A program made the translations under genes and the position numbers. From assembly GCA_963844565.1 (NCBI GenBank), contig CAWJON010000002.1, forward strand, positions 1,828,667 through 1,892,666: DNA of 64,000 bases, in the 5' to 3' direction. Each line of letters begins with the position of its first letter. The stretch's first letter is position 1. This DNA is from an uncultured Pseudomonadota bacterium (GTDB lineage: Bacteria > Pseudomonadota > Gammaproteobacteria > Coxiellales > Coxiellaceae). The notes beneath the pieces were generated by a model that worked only from the letters and a program-made list of their open reading frames with translations, ran no database searches and was not told the origin of the DNA. This document shows, one piece after another, positions 20,129 to 29,363 of the stretch.

Positions 20129-20358
20129 TTTGCCATTTTTTATACAGATAGCTGCCGGATTCGTGGATAAAAGTCCCGGCGTACAAGAAGGGTTAATACT
20201 AGAACAGGGACCCGAATCTGCTTAAAATATTAACTACCACCCCGTCCACCGGGAAACTTTGCCCAACCATTTAAGACTAATAGTTGAGCTTTATGCTGTG
20301 ATAGGCTACCTTATTAATCCGCGGGCGCAATACCGGGTTTTTTATCATTCCGCTACAC

Positions 20359-20439
<81 letters not shown>

Positions 20440-20515
20440 TCAAGTGCTTAAGAAATTTTCCAGAATCTTGAAAATTTTATGTAGAAGCAATGTAGAAGGA
20501 TTGCATAGCCATTAT

Positions 20516-20845
20516 TTACAGGCTTGAGTTGTTTGCCGACATGCCCGGGCTGACCGCCGGGTTTCCGGCCAGATTTCTTTTCTTTGGATTTTGACTTATC
20601 TCGATTCGGATCTGTTGAAGGTGGTTTACTTGAATTTTGCTGTTAAGACTCAATCGGCCTAACATTATTTTCATTAAGGATAATAGCACCTTGATGACTC
20701 CCTTTAAGGCAACTGAGATATTTTTTTCATCATTCAATAGCTTTTCAGCTTCGTCAATTGTTTTACTGATATTTATTTTGTTAATTTTCATGTGCGGGAC
20801 GAATTTTACCTTGGTATAAGTTATCAAAATATATTTATTTATCAA
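20516..20845 (-). pseudogene. IS66-family-like transposase N-terminal fragment, frameshifted and truncated
   Basis: The ORF ends 'LSLMKIMLGRLSLNSK'. The adjacent frame then reads 'NSSKPPSTDPNRDKSKSKEKKSGRKPGGQPGHVGKQLKP', the NSSKPPSSD...GGQxGH signature of IS66-type transposases. No catalytic domain follows. Confidence 0.5.
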
Positions 20846-20919
20846 TAGGTGGTAGACAAAATCTGGTACCGGCGGTTCTGATTTCTACCAACGTAACCCA
20901 GCTAATATTTCATTATTTT

Positions 20920-21438
20920 TTGCCGAGATTGATTTGCGTATTACATACAAGAAAAACATGTAGCCTTACTCCTGATCAAGATGATATAATCATATATACT
21001 CTATTTACAGTGCCAATAAGTATCTATTTGGTATGGGAAAAATTAAGAGAAAGAAAATTTTTTGCATCTCTCCATCAAGAGATTCTGCAAAACAGAAAGA
21101 AAAAAATTGATAAAATAAGACAATTGAGGCTTAATAAAAATATTGATAGCTTAATCCAACATATAGAAAATCAATTATGTTTTACCAACTCTGAATTTAA
21201 ACATAACAGACTCGTGATGGAACTTTTAATATTTCCTTTACTTATAACTTTTCCCAAAGCTACGGAACCTCGGCATATGATTACTACAGAATCTAAAATG
21301 GCCAATATTGATTGTGTTTTTCCGTTTGTTAAAAAATCTGTACTAAATAACAGCTCATTTTTTTTGAAAATCACAACCAAAATTAATTCCAAAGAAATTA
21401 AAAAATTTTCTCGAGAATCTCCTTGTATTATTTTATAA
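20920..21438 (+). CDS. hypothetical protein (weak call)
   Basis: 172-aa ORF, very AT-rich, non-ATG start, no motif. Confidence 0.25.
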   Translation: MPRLICVLHTRKTCSLTPDQDDIIIYTLFTVPISIYLVWEKLRERKFFASLHQEILQNRKKKIDKIRQLRLNKNIDSLIQHIENQLCFTNSEFKHNRLVMELLIFPLLITFPKATEPRHMITTESKMANIDCVFPFVKKSVLNNSSFFLKITTKINSKEIKKFSRESPCIIL

Positions 21439-21557
21439 AAAAATTATCATGACTTCAGGCTTCCTTAAAAATTTTATTAGGATTTTTTCTACGGTCTAAA
21501 TTGCAGTCTCCTTCTTTCAGTACACACACTTGAAACAAAGTGTAAAATTACTTATTA

Positions 21558-21968
21558 TTGAGGGATGAAAGGATTTTATTGTTTCTGGATGCTGTTCACC
21601 CGGAACATAATGCGATGGCTGCCTATAGATGGATCAAGCGTGGAGAACAGAAGAAACTCAAAACGAATAGCGGCAGGCAACGCCTGAATTTACATGGAGC
21701 AATCAACGCAGAAACACATGAAATCACGGTGATTGAATCAGATACAGTAGAAGCCAATTTGTTGAGCGCAATTGAGCAAAAATATCCCTCTGCTTCAGAG
21801 ATTTTGGCAATATTGGATAATGCTCCATATCATCATTCAAAAGAAATCAACACTTATTATCCTGATATTGGGAAATTTAGGGAAGCCTGTATCCATTTTT
21901 TTAGAAATTTCGATCAATTTAATCGCGAGGTTTCTCGATTAATGTCGGGTGAATTCGAGTTGGCTTAA
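21558..21968 (+). pseudogene. IS630-family transposase fragment (C-terminal DDE part, internally deleted)
   Basis: 'LFLDAVHPEHN..RLNLHGAIN..ILDNAPYHHSKE' is the IS630/Tc1 DDE region. The N-terminal DNA-binding part and the last catalytic segment are missing. Confidence 0.65.
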
Positions 21969-22003
21969 ACACCGAAATTCAAAACGAAACAGGTATATTA
22001 AAA

Positions 22004-23188
22004 ATGAAAGGAAAAAATATGTCATTATTTCAATTTATGAGCAAGAGAAAATTTCTGATCGGCTGCATGTTTATCTCTTTAAATTTTTATTCAATAGCAA
22101 ATGCTGGAAATAATTTAAATTTAGACCAGTTAAAAATGCCGCCTGGTTTTCACATCGAAATATTTGCTGAAAAGGTTAAGGATGCACGTAAACTAGCATT
22201 AGGTAGTAAAGGCACAATTTTTGTTGGGTCGGCAGAAGCAGCCACGGTTTACGCTATCGTCCCAAATGTTAACAGTCTTCATGGTCATGAAGTAAAAATT
22301 ATAGCTACGGGCTTAAATCAACCTCAAGGTGTCGCCTTTTATAAAGGAGACTTGTATGTGGCGGAAGTTGATCGAATTATTCGTTTTAAAAATATTGAAG
22401 AGCATCTTAACGATCCTCCCGCTCCACTAATGGTTACTAATCATTTCCCACTAGTCAGTCTTAAAGGTGATGAACAATCTCAGCGTCATGGTTGGAAAAC
22501 CATTCATTTTGGACCTGATGATAAGCTATATGTAGCGATAGGTTCACCCTGTGATGTTTGTTTGAGTAAAGATTCTCGAGACGGCACCATCATGCGGATG
22601 AATCCAGACGGATCTCATTTAGAAACTTTTGCGAGTGGGGTCCGAAATAGCGTTGGCTTTGACTGGAGCCCAAGTACCCATAAATTATGGTTTACCGATA
22701 ATGGTCGCGACTATATGGGTGATAATATTCCGCCGGACAAGCTAAACTATGCGCCTACCCAAGGTCTAAACTTTGGGTTCCCTTATTATCATGGTAAAGA
22801 TAAAAATGGCAAACCCATACCTGACCCTAAATATGGTAAGCTTCGTTCACCAGCAGGTATTACCTGGCCTGCTCTGAACTTACCTGCCCATGCGGCGGTT
22901 TTAGGGATGATCTTTTACACTGGAGATATGTTTCCCACCGATTATAAAAATCAAATTCTAATTGCAGAACATGGATCATGGAATCGCAGTACTAAAGTAG
23001 GATATCAAGTATCTTTAGTAAAGATTAAAGAAAATAAAGCCTTATCTTATACCCCTTTTATTACTGGATGGCAAAAAAATGAAAATTATTGGGGCAGGCC
23101 GGTAGAACTGTTAGAAATGCCGGATGGGTCAGTACTGCTTTCAGATGATTACGCTGGAATTATTTATCGTATTACATATTCTAAGTGA
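22004..23188 (+). CDS. PQQ-dependent sugar (sorbosone/glucose) dehydrogenase family protein, secreted
   Basis: Beta-propeller motifs 'LNQPQGVAFYKGDLYVAE', 'HGWKTIHFGPDDKLYVAIGSPCDVC', 'GTIMRMNPDG', 'FASGVRNSVGFDW'. N-terminal signal peptide. Confidence 0.8.
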   Translation: MKGKNMSLFQFMSKRKFLIGCMFISLNFYSIANAGNNLNLDQLKMPPGFHIEIFAEKVKDARKLALGSKGTIFVGSAEAATVYAIVPNVNSLHGHEVKIIATGLNQPQGVAFYKGDLYVAEVDRIIRFKNIEEHLNDPPAPLMVTNHFPLVSLKGDEQSQRHGWKTIHFGPDDKLYVAIGSPCDVCLSKDSRDGTIMRMNPDGSHLETFASGVRNSVGFDWSPSTHKLWFTDNGRDYMGDNIPPDKLNYAPTQGLNFGFPYYHGKDKNGKPIPDPKYGKLRSPAGITWPALNLPAHAAVLGMIFYTGDMFPTDYKNQILIAEHGSWNRSTKVGYQVSLVKIKENKALSYTPFITGWQKNENYWGRPVELLEMPDGSVLLSDDYAGIIYRITYSK

Positions 23189-23302
23189 GTCCTGAATTCT
23201 CCCTAAAGATATACTAATAGTATTTATTCTTTTAGATAGCCAAAACGCAGCCTCCCAGTTAATGAATAGAGATGGTTCCTCGGTTTCAAAATTTGGTCCT
23301 CA

Positions 23303-23944
23303 TTAATATTTTAATGAGTCATTGTTATTTTTAAGGCAAACACGTGCTTGTTGTTCAGCGGTAATTAATAAATCTGGATAGGGTTTGAAGTTTTGAATCA
23401 TGGTTTGTACTTTAGCATATTGAATTTTTTTAGGGACATTGCTATTCCAATAACTGATTGCTTGAGAATTAGAAAATCCACAAAATTGTTTCAAGGCGAC
23501 GGCGGCTACATAACCAGATGCATGCACTCCATACCAACAGTGCACATACATAGGCCCGGTGCGTTTATCAATAATATATTTAAGTTTCTTTAGGACTTGG
23601 TGGACTTCTGAAGGACGATCCCAACGCAACATGAGGTATTCTAATTGGCCGCTCTGACATTTCGTTAAGTGTGATTTATTATCCCAATTTCGATTATAGA
23701 CGTAAATAGCTGTGCTAAATCCATCGTTACACAATGCCTGAGCAGATTTCACCGATAGCGGCGCTTTGCCGCCGGAGCTTCCGCCACGATAAAGCGTATC
23801 CGGCATAACAATTTTAAAATTTCCCAGGCCGTAACGTGCTTTGCTGTCCAGAGTAGTTTGTGTTAGATTCGAGGAAGAAGGGTCTTCCGCTAGTGATGTC
23901 TCGGTAAATAATAAGCATACCGCGAGTAAGATAGTAATTTTCAT
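23303..23944 (-). CDS. secreted Cys-based phosphatase-like protein with atypical P-loop
   Basis: Signal peptide 'MKITILLAVCLLFTETSLA'. 'VHCWYGVHASGYV' resembles HCxxGxxR(S/T)G, but Ala sits at the Arg position. Confidence 0.4.
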   Translation of the reverse strand: MKITILLAVCLLFTETSLAEDPSSSNLTQTTLDSKARYGLGNFKIVMPDTLYRGGSSGGKAPLSVKSAQALCNDGFSTAIYVYNRNWDNKSHLTKCQSGQLEYLMLRWDRPSEVHQVLKKLKYIIDKRTGPMYVHCWYGVHASGYVAAVALKQFCGFSNSQAISYWNSNVPKKIQYAKVQTMIQNFKPYPDLLITAEQQARVCLKNNNDSLKY

Positions 23945-23959
23945 AGCAAGGAGGATAAT

Positions 23960-24640
23960 ATGGTAATCAAATATTGTAAAGAGCTTGGTAAATTTTTTAT
24001 CTCCATAATTTTTCTAGGGGCTAATTTTTCTTTAGCTGCTGCCAATACTGATCTGATTAATCCCAAACAAAATATATATTCTGCGGCGGCGCTTAATAAA
24101 AAAGAACAAATGTTGCAGAATATAACTAAAAAAATTGATGATTACTCGTTTGTTCTGTTACAGGCAGGCAATACAACTCCGGCCGCGTGGATAATTCAAA
24201 CTAAGCAGGGGCAAAAATTAGCCTTGTTAAAATGTACTTCAGGTAATAATTATGCCAACGGGGAAATAGCTGCTTATTATTTAGGACGCAAACTTAATTT
24301 TCCAATCTTCCCTGTGACGATACCTTTTCAAATTAACCCTTCTTGAGCAAAAAGATTAAAAATTACTCCACAAACTTGCGCTTTAAAAGAATGGATTACC
24401 AATTGGTCAATTCTTTATTGGAAATCTCAGGATAATTTGAAAAAAATTGTCGCCAATAACCAATACCAAAATTATATTAAGAAAAATACATTTTTATCAG
24501 CCATCGGCGATAATAAAAGCATCGCAGATACTTTAATGTGTAATAATAATCTAAGCGAAATAAAAGACACCTATATTAAATTATCCTCAGGCGTCAAAAC
24601 CCGCAACGGCGTCAGGCTTGTGACAATTTTGCAAGCCTGA
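23960..24640 (+). pseudogene. secreted kinase-fold (FAM20/four-jointed-like N-lobe) protein interrupted by in-frame TGA
   Basis: Track ORFs 23960..24346 and 24437..24640 are in the same frame. Only TGA 24344-24346 separates them. 'GQKLALLKCTSGNNYANGEIAAYYLGRKLNFPIFPVT' resembles the beta3-Lys/alphaC-Glu region 'KAxFKP..aEIAAFHLDRiLgFrrvPP'. Confidence 0.35.
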
Positions 24641-24644
24641 CACC
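24611..24644. repeat. GGTGTCAGGC-family palindromic element (hairpin)
   Basis: gtcaggcttg tgacaattttg caagcctgac acc. The arm contains the stop codon of the preceding ORF. Confidence 0.6.
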
Positions 24645-24878
24645 TTTGCCTTTAATTCAGAGCTATTAAAAATAAAATGGTCGCACAGAGACCTGACATA
24701 CTTCGAATAGCATGAAGTTTCCCCCAATGTATTATTAAACGCCGTGTTTCATCGTTATTGTCTCCTTCTTTTATTGCCATCAGTTTTTTATTGGTGGGCA
24801 GGAGTCACTATTAACCTAAATTCTGCAATTAACAATTTGTGGTAAACTGATATGCATTGGAATTAAGAAGGAGAAGTG

Positions 24879-25673
24879 ATGAATCCGTTACCCAAAATCA
24901 TTCACCCAGTGCGTTATAAATTTAATCCTAGAGATTATAAAATTGAATTTTACACTGAAGATAAAAGACTTGGTGTTACCTTAGAAACCCAAAATCTCAT
25001 CATTCGCTCTATTAAGCCTGAAGATCTGGATATCTGTATAAAATACTTCACTAATCCTGAGAATATGGCAACCTATGATGATGGAAATATTTACAGCAAA
25101 GATTTTATCAAAGAATTTTTTTATGCGTGGATAAAACGCTTAGAAAAACATAACCCATTTGTAGGATACATGATTTATTGCAAAGCATCACAGGAAGCTA
25201 TTGGCATCACTATCTTGGGTGAGCCTGATCCGCCTCTTGCAAATGTTAAAGGAGATGTAGAAGTATCCTTCTTACTAGAGTCTAAAGAAAGACATCGTGG
25301 TTTTGGTTTCGAAGCAGGTAAAGCAGTAGTATGGATATTAATACCACGCTTATACCTAAGAGGATACTCTTTAACTGATACTCGTTTAAAAAAGGTTGTT
25401 GCTACAACTATGGAAGAACATTTAGTTGGCAATAAACTAATAAAAAAATTAGGGTTTCAAAAAAAAGAGGGAAGAGTTTTGTATGCAGGGAAGTGGAAAA
25501 ATTTTTTTGAGAGATATATTAAAGAAATAACCAATAACTACCACCACCAAAACTCTATTACTTTTTTTAATAATTTTGAAATTAAAAATAAGAAGGATAC
25601 TGATGTTTCGGTAACTCAAGAAGAGATGGCTTATAGTGTATTTGGAAAAATAAGACCTAAGGGGTCAGGCTGA
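24879..25673 (+). CDS. GNAT-family N-acetyltransferase (RimJ/RimL-like)
   Basis: 'LIIRSIKPEDLD', 'HRGFGFEAGKAV' acetyl-CoA region. AAGGAG lies 5 nt before ATG 24879. Confidence 0.7.
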   Translation: MNPLPKIIHPVRYKFNPRDYKIEFYTEDKRLGVTLETQNLIIRSIKPEDLDICIKYFTNPENMATYDDGNIYSKDFIKEFFYAWIKRLEKHNPFVGYMIYCKASQEAIGITILGEPDPPLANVKGDVEVSFLLESKERHRGFGFEAGKAVVWILIPRLYLRGYSLTDTRLKKVVATTMEEHLVGNKLIKKLGFQKKEGRVLYAGKWKNFFERYIKEITNNYHHQNSITFFNNFEIKNKKDTDVSVTQEEMAYSVFGKIRPKGSG

Positions 25674-25694
25674 CACATTCGTGGTAACTATCCA

Positions 25695-26963
25695 CGGTGT
25701 CAGATCCACATACTTCAACTTAATTCTGAAAAAAATCAATGCATTAAAATTTAAAATGTCCGGGTAAAAATTGCACCTCTTTGCAACTCTGATTGTCTAA
25801 TATTTACACGTATATTTCCTCGATTAATTCCATTGTTTTTCAAATTATTACTGTAACATATGTGGGTGTATTCTATTTGAAGCGCGACAGTCCCGCAGTA
25901 AGGTATACTTTAACTTGCTGATTAAACAACCAAAAGGAGACTGCCGCTATGGACCATTATACACATATCAGTTATCAAGAAAGAGTAAAAATTGATATAT
26001 ATTTAGGGCTTAAATATCCCATTAGTCAGATAGCGAAGCGCATAAAAAGGCATCGCTCAACTATATATCGAGAGTTAAAAAGAAATGGACAAAAAAATAA
26101 ATCTTATAAAGGGTATTTAGCGAACAATAAAGCGCATCTGAGACGAAACATTGGGGTGGTGAGTATTAAAAATAATATTTATTTACAGGACTATATCAAG
26201 AAACGATTAGAAAAAGGATGGAGTCCTGAACAAATATCTGGTCGCATGAAATTAACGAGTTGTCCTTATTACGTCTGTCATGAAACTATCTATCGTTTCA
26301 TTTATGGTTTAAAAGACAAAGTATGGTATGAATATCTCCATTATAAAAAAAAGAATCGGGGCAGGTTTTATGGAAGGAAACCTAAAAGCTGTCGATATGC
26401 TGAAATAAAGCTAATAGATCAACGTCCGGTAGAAATATTGACAAGAACAGAGATAGGACATTGGGAAGGAGATACGATGATACTTTCGGCCAATAGAAAA
26501 GAAAATATCACGACACTGGTCGAACGAAAATCACGATTTTTAATTTTAAGGAGAAATGAAAATAAATGTTCAGAAGGTGTCATTAGTCAGATAAAAGACA
26601 TCATTAAAAAAAATCCCAGGAAATTGTGGAAGACGATAACTTTTGATCAAGGATCTGAATTTGCTAATTACCGGGAAATAGACAGAAAAACAAAATGTCA
26701 AAGTTATTTTTGCTATCCCCATTCACCCTGGCAAAAAGGTAGTAATGAAAATATGAATGGTCGATTACGAAGGTATATCCCAAGAAACATACCCATACAG
26801 ACGATAACAACCAATTTCTTACAAGAGATCAGTCATAAAATGAATGAGATACCTAGAAAATGTTTGGGTTATTTAAACCCAAGAGAGGCCCTACAAAGAA
26901 ATGTCTCTATAAAAAATATGTCGCGCTTGACTTAGAATTCATCGTGGATGTGACACCGTATCC
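25695..26963 (+). mobile_element. IS30-family insertion sequence, copy 1 (about 1269 bp)
   Basis: The sequence is shared with 41164..42432. Terminal inverted repeats are cGGTGTCAgATCCACa and cGGTGTCAcATCCACg. Single transposase ORF. Confidence 0.9.
25949..26935 (+). CDS. IS30-family transposase
   Basis: 328 aa. N-terminal HTH 'ISQIAKRIKRHRSTIYRELKRN', DDE domain with 'GHWEGDTMI' and 'TFDQGSEFA'. Confidence 0.95.
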   Translation: MDHYTHISYQERVKIDIYLGLKYPISQIAKRIKRHRSTIYRELKRNGQKNKSYKGYLANNKAHLRRNIGVVSIKNNIYLQDYIKKRLEKGWSPEQISGRMKLTSCPYYVCHETIYRFIYGLKDKVWYEYLHYKKKNRGRFYGRKPKSCRYAEIKLIDQRPVEILTRTEIGHWEGDTMILSANRKENITTLVERKSRFLILRRNENKCSEGVISQIKDIIKKNPRKLWKTITFDQGSEFANYREIDRKTKCQSYFCYPHSPWQKGSNENMNGRLRRYIPRNIPIQTITTNFLQEISHKMNEIPRKCLGYLNPREALQRNVSIKNMSRLT

Positions 26964-27002
26964 CCTATCCGTACATTTAGTACAGGAAATATAAACAGAA
27001 AA

Positions 27003-27035
27003 ATTAAGTTTTCCATAAGTATTTGTGAGTATAAT
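27003..27035 (+). promoter_or_regulatory. PmrA-like tandem box plus -10 upstream of A1
   Basis: aTTAAGttT-tc-CaTAAGtaT-N7-TATAAT. Same geometry as the boxes at 50696..50728 and 50786..50818. Resembles the Legionella/Coxiella PmrA element cTTAATatT-N2-cTTAATatT placed just upstream of the -10. Confidence 0.4.
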
Positions 27036-27063
27036 AAAGATTGAATTATTAAGAGAAAAATTT

Positions 27064-28404
27064 ATGAACCAAGGGCAAAAATTTGCATCTAAAGAAGTCG
27101 AAGATAAAAAAATAGAACTCGGAAAAATTGGACCCGGCGATATTGTTTTTGAAGTTGACATTCATTCAACAGGAATACTTGTTCCCGTACATTCTTGGAT
27201 TCATGTCAGTGGCGAACCGGAAATAGCACATGCCGCTGGTATGGGAAAAAAGTTAATTGCTGTAACTCGACATTACATTGCGCGTTATGTAGCACACGCT
27301 CCCTCTGTGGCCATGCTTCGTTGCAGAAATGAAAAATTAAAAAAATTAATAATACAAGTTGCCGAGCGTTTCGCACCTATTTTAGATAAAACCCAATTAA
27401 CCGCTGCCGCTAAATTAAAATTAGAACCTAATAATGAAGCGGGAAAAACCCCTTTAATGGAAGCAAAAGTTCCAATTACACCCTACAGTTTAATAAGAAA
27501 AGGAGATAATATACAAGAACTAAACGTCTTTCGCGCAGTTAGAGCCGCCTTACGTTCAGGTCTTACAACGGGAGAAGAATTGTTCCCTTTAAGCAAGAAA
27601 AAAGGAGTCAGTTGTGACGAATTTGTCGGCCATGTAATTCAATCTGCATTAGTTATTTTTTTATTAGGAGATAAAGTCAATGAACTACAATCCTTGGTCA
27701 AGGCTATTAGCGCAGCTCGTCGAGAAAAAGATGGCTCAGGTCACAAAGCTCCTGCAACCGAATTATTAAAAACATTTTACCAAAAATTTATAGCCTTATC
27801 TGAAAAACACAGCCAATTACCTGAAGAAATAAAAAAACAAGAAGTATTGAAAATTATTTCTTCACCTATTAAGGGTTATAAAATTAAAAATAGTCTACCT
27901 TTTTGGTTAGAATCATCTTTATTTGAAAAAACAGTAGGAGCATTTTTTTTAGATGATCTACGAAAAATTGTCGATCCAAAATATGTTGATATCATAAAAA
28001 ATGAGCCTAAACAATCATTAGGCTTTGTAGATGGCGAGCAGGCTTCCGATGGAGAAGAAAGTAATAGCAGTCGGGGCAGTCATGAGACTGATTCAGTTCA
28101 TGGTGATACAAAATCTGAAGGCGGTTCTGATACAGGAAAACAAGATGCTTTTGCAGCTATTGATGCATTATCTGATTACGACTCTGAAAATGATCCTTTG
28201 GGACCAAAACATCAAATTTTTGATGATGAAGATAATGCCCTTGAAGAAAAGCAGCCTGGCCAAGTAGCTGAATTAAAGGTAATTCCACCCCAAAAAGCTT
28301 TATTCAATCCACGGTTTTTTCCCGTGAAAGATGATCTCGCTCTACTTGAAAGAAAAGCACAGACTCCAATTACATTACTGCGAAGTAAAAGTTTTAGCAA
28401 TTGA
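27064..28404 (+). CDS. family-A protein 1: LRAT/PLAAT-like (permuted NlpC/P60 papain-fold) domain plus acidic Ser-rich tail
   Basis: 'PGDIVFEV..VHSWIHVSGEPEIAHAAG' has two His 13 residues apart, as in 'HWAIYVG..VIH'. A later 'GVSCDEFVGHVIQSAL' resembles 'NCEHFV'. Paralogue of 49486..50667. Confidence 0.75.
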   Translation: MNQGQKFASKEVEDKKIELGKIGPGDIVFEVDIHSTGILVPVHSWIHVSGEPEIAHAAGMGKKLIAVTRHYIARYVAHAPSVAMLRCRNEKLKKLIIQVAERFAPILDKTQLTAAAKLKLEPNNEAGKTPLMEAKVPITPYSLIRKGDNIQELNVFRAVRAALRSGLTTGEELFPLSKKKGVSCDEFVGHVIQSALVIFLLGDKVNELQSLVKAISAARREKDGSGHKAPATELLKTFYQKFIALSEKHSQLPEEIKKQEVLKIISSPIKGYKIKNSLPFWLESSLFEKTVGAFFLDDLRKIVDPKYVDIIKNEPKQSLGFVDGEQASDGEESNSSRGSHETDSVHGDTKSEGGSDTGKQDAFAAIDALSDYDSENDPLGPKHQIFDDEDNALEEKQPGQVAELKVIPPQKALFNPRFFPVKDDLALLERKAQTPITLLRSKSFSN

Positions 28405-29059
28405 GAACGGTTTCTACAGAAGGCGATGCGTAATCTATAATAGTTGCCACTATTTCTGTTCTGTTAAAAATACTTCCCCAAGTTCTTAAAGAACAAATGG
28501 TTTCAGCCAAATCAACTATTGCAGATATTTTAGGAAACTCGGGCTTAGCACAAACTTCAAGAGATTGCGCTCCAGCGAATAATAGAAGTACAAGAGCAAT
28601 CGTATTTCCACTGCCAGCAAAAAGATAATGTGCAGACATTTGGGTAATTGGACGCCAATCAATCTCAGCATTGCTTTTAATAAGCAGTTGTACAGCAAGC
28701 CCCTGTTTTCTTTTCAAAGAAGGACTATCTTTTTTTTTGGAATGAGATGCTAAATAAAATAATGGCGACAAAGTAGATTTATTTTTATTGACTGATGCTC
28801 CGTTTCTAACAAGACTTCCCATGACAGCCGTCATACCGGCAAGAGCAGCATAATGCAAGGGCGTAAGACCCCACTTATCCAAAGGTTCTACTATCGCTTT
28901 TTTTTCAAGCAACAGTTCAACAACTTTAGCATTTTTGCGGCTCGCGATATGTAGAGGTGTTCGCCCATTTTTATCAGTTAAATTAATTACCAAAGGCAGA
29001 ATGGGAGAAACCCCTTTTTCTCTTATCAAATGCAAATAATGGGTAGAATTTTTTTTCAT
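28394..29059 (-). CDS. ankyrin-repeat protein (Ank1)
   Basis: 'DKNGRTPLHIASRKNAKVVELLLEKKA', 'DKWGLTPLHYAALAGMTAVMGSLVRNGASVN'. The C-terminal half is paralogous to 49017..49478. Confidence 0.85.
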   Translation of the reverse strand: MKKNSTHYLHLIREKGVSPILPLVINLTDKNGRTPLHIASRKNAKVVELLLEKKAIVEPLDKWGLTPLHYAALAGMTAVMGSLVRNGASVNKNKSTLSPLFYLASHSKKKDSPSLKRKQGLAVQLLIKSNAEIDWRPITQMSAHYLFAGSGNTIALVLLLFAGAQSLEVCAKPEFPKISAIVDLAETICSLRTWGSIFNRTEIVATIIDYASPSVETVLNC

Positions 29060-29135
29060 AGGTTATATCCGCGTTTTATAATTATATTACCATGCCTGAA
29101 AAATGTATTCAACAGGGTCATCAACAATCAACAGA

Positions 29136-29235
29136 GTCAAGTCCGAAATTTTAAACAGATTCTTTGTTAAAGAGCAGTTAGGCAAGCAGGGTAAGCTTGG
29201 CGCAAACAAGTTCTGCTTAAAATTTCGGACTTGAC
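29136..29235. repeat. 100-bp inverted-repeat element (19-bp perfect arms) between B1 and Ank1
   Basis: gtcaagtccgaaattttaa (29136-29154) pairs with ttaaaatttcggacttgac (29217-29235). Confidence 0.7.
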
Positions 29236-29363
29236 CCCCTTCTTCCTTACAAGCACGGTTAAGTTTTCAACGGAAATTGAGCTAAATATAACGAAAACAA
29301 GTGACGCAGATTGTAGCATAAAAGCCGAATAATTTTGAAATTGCTTTAAGCGCTTGGATTTTT

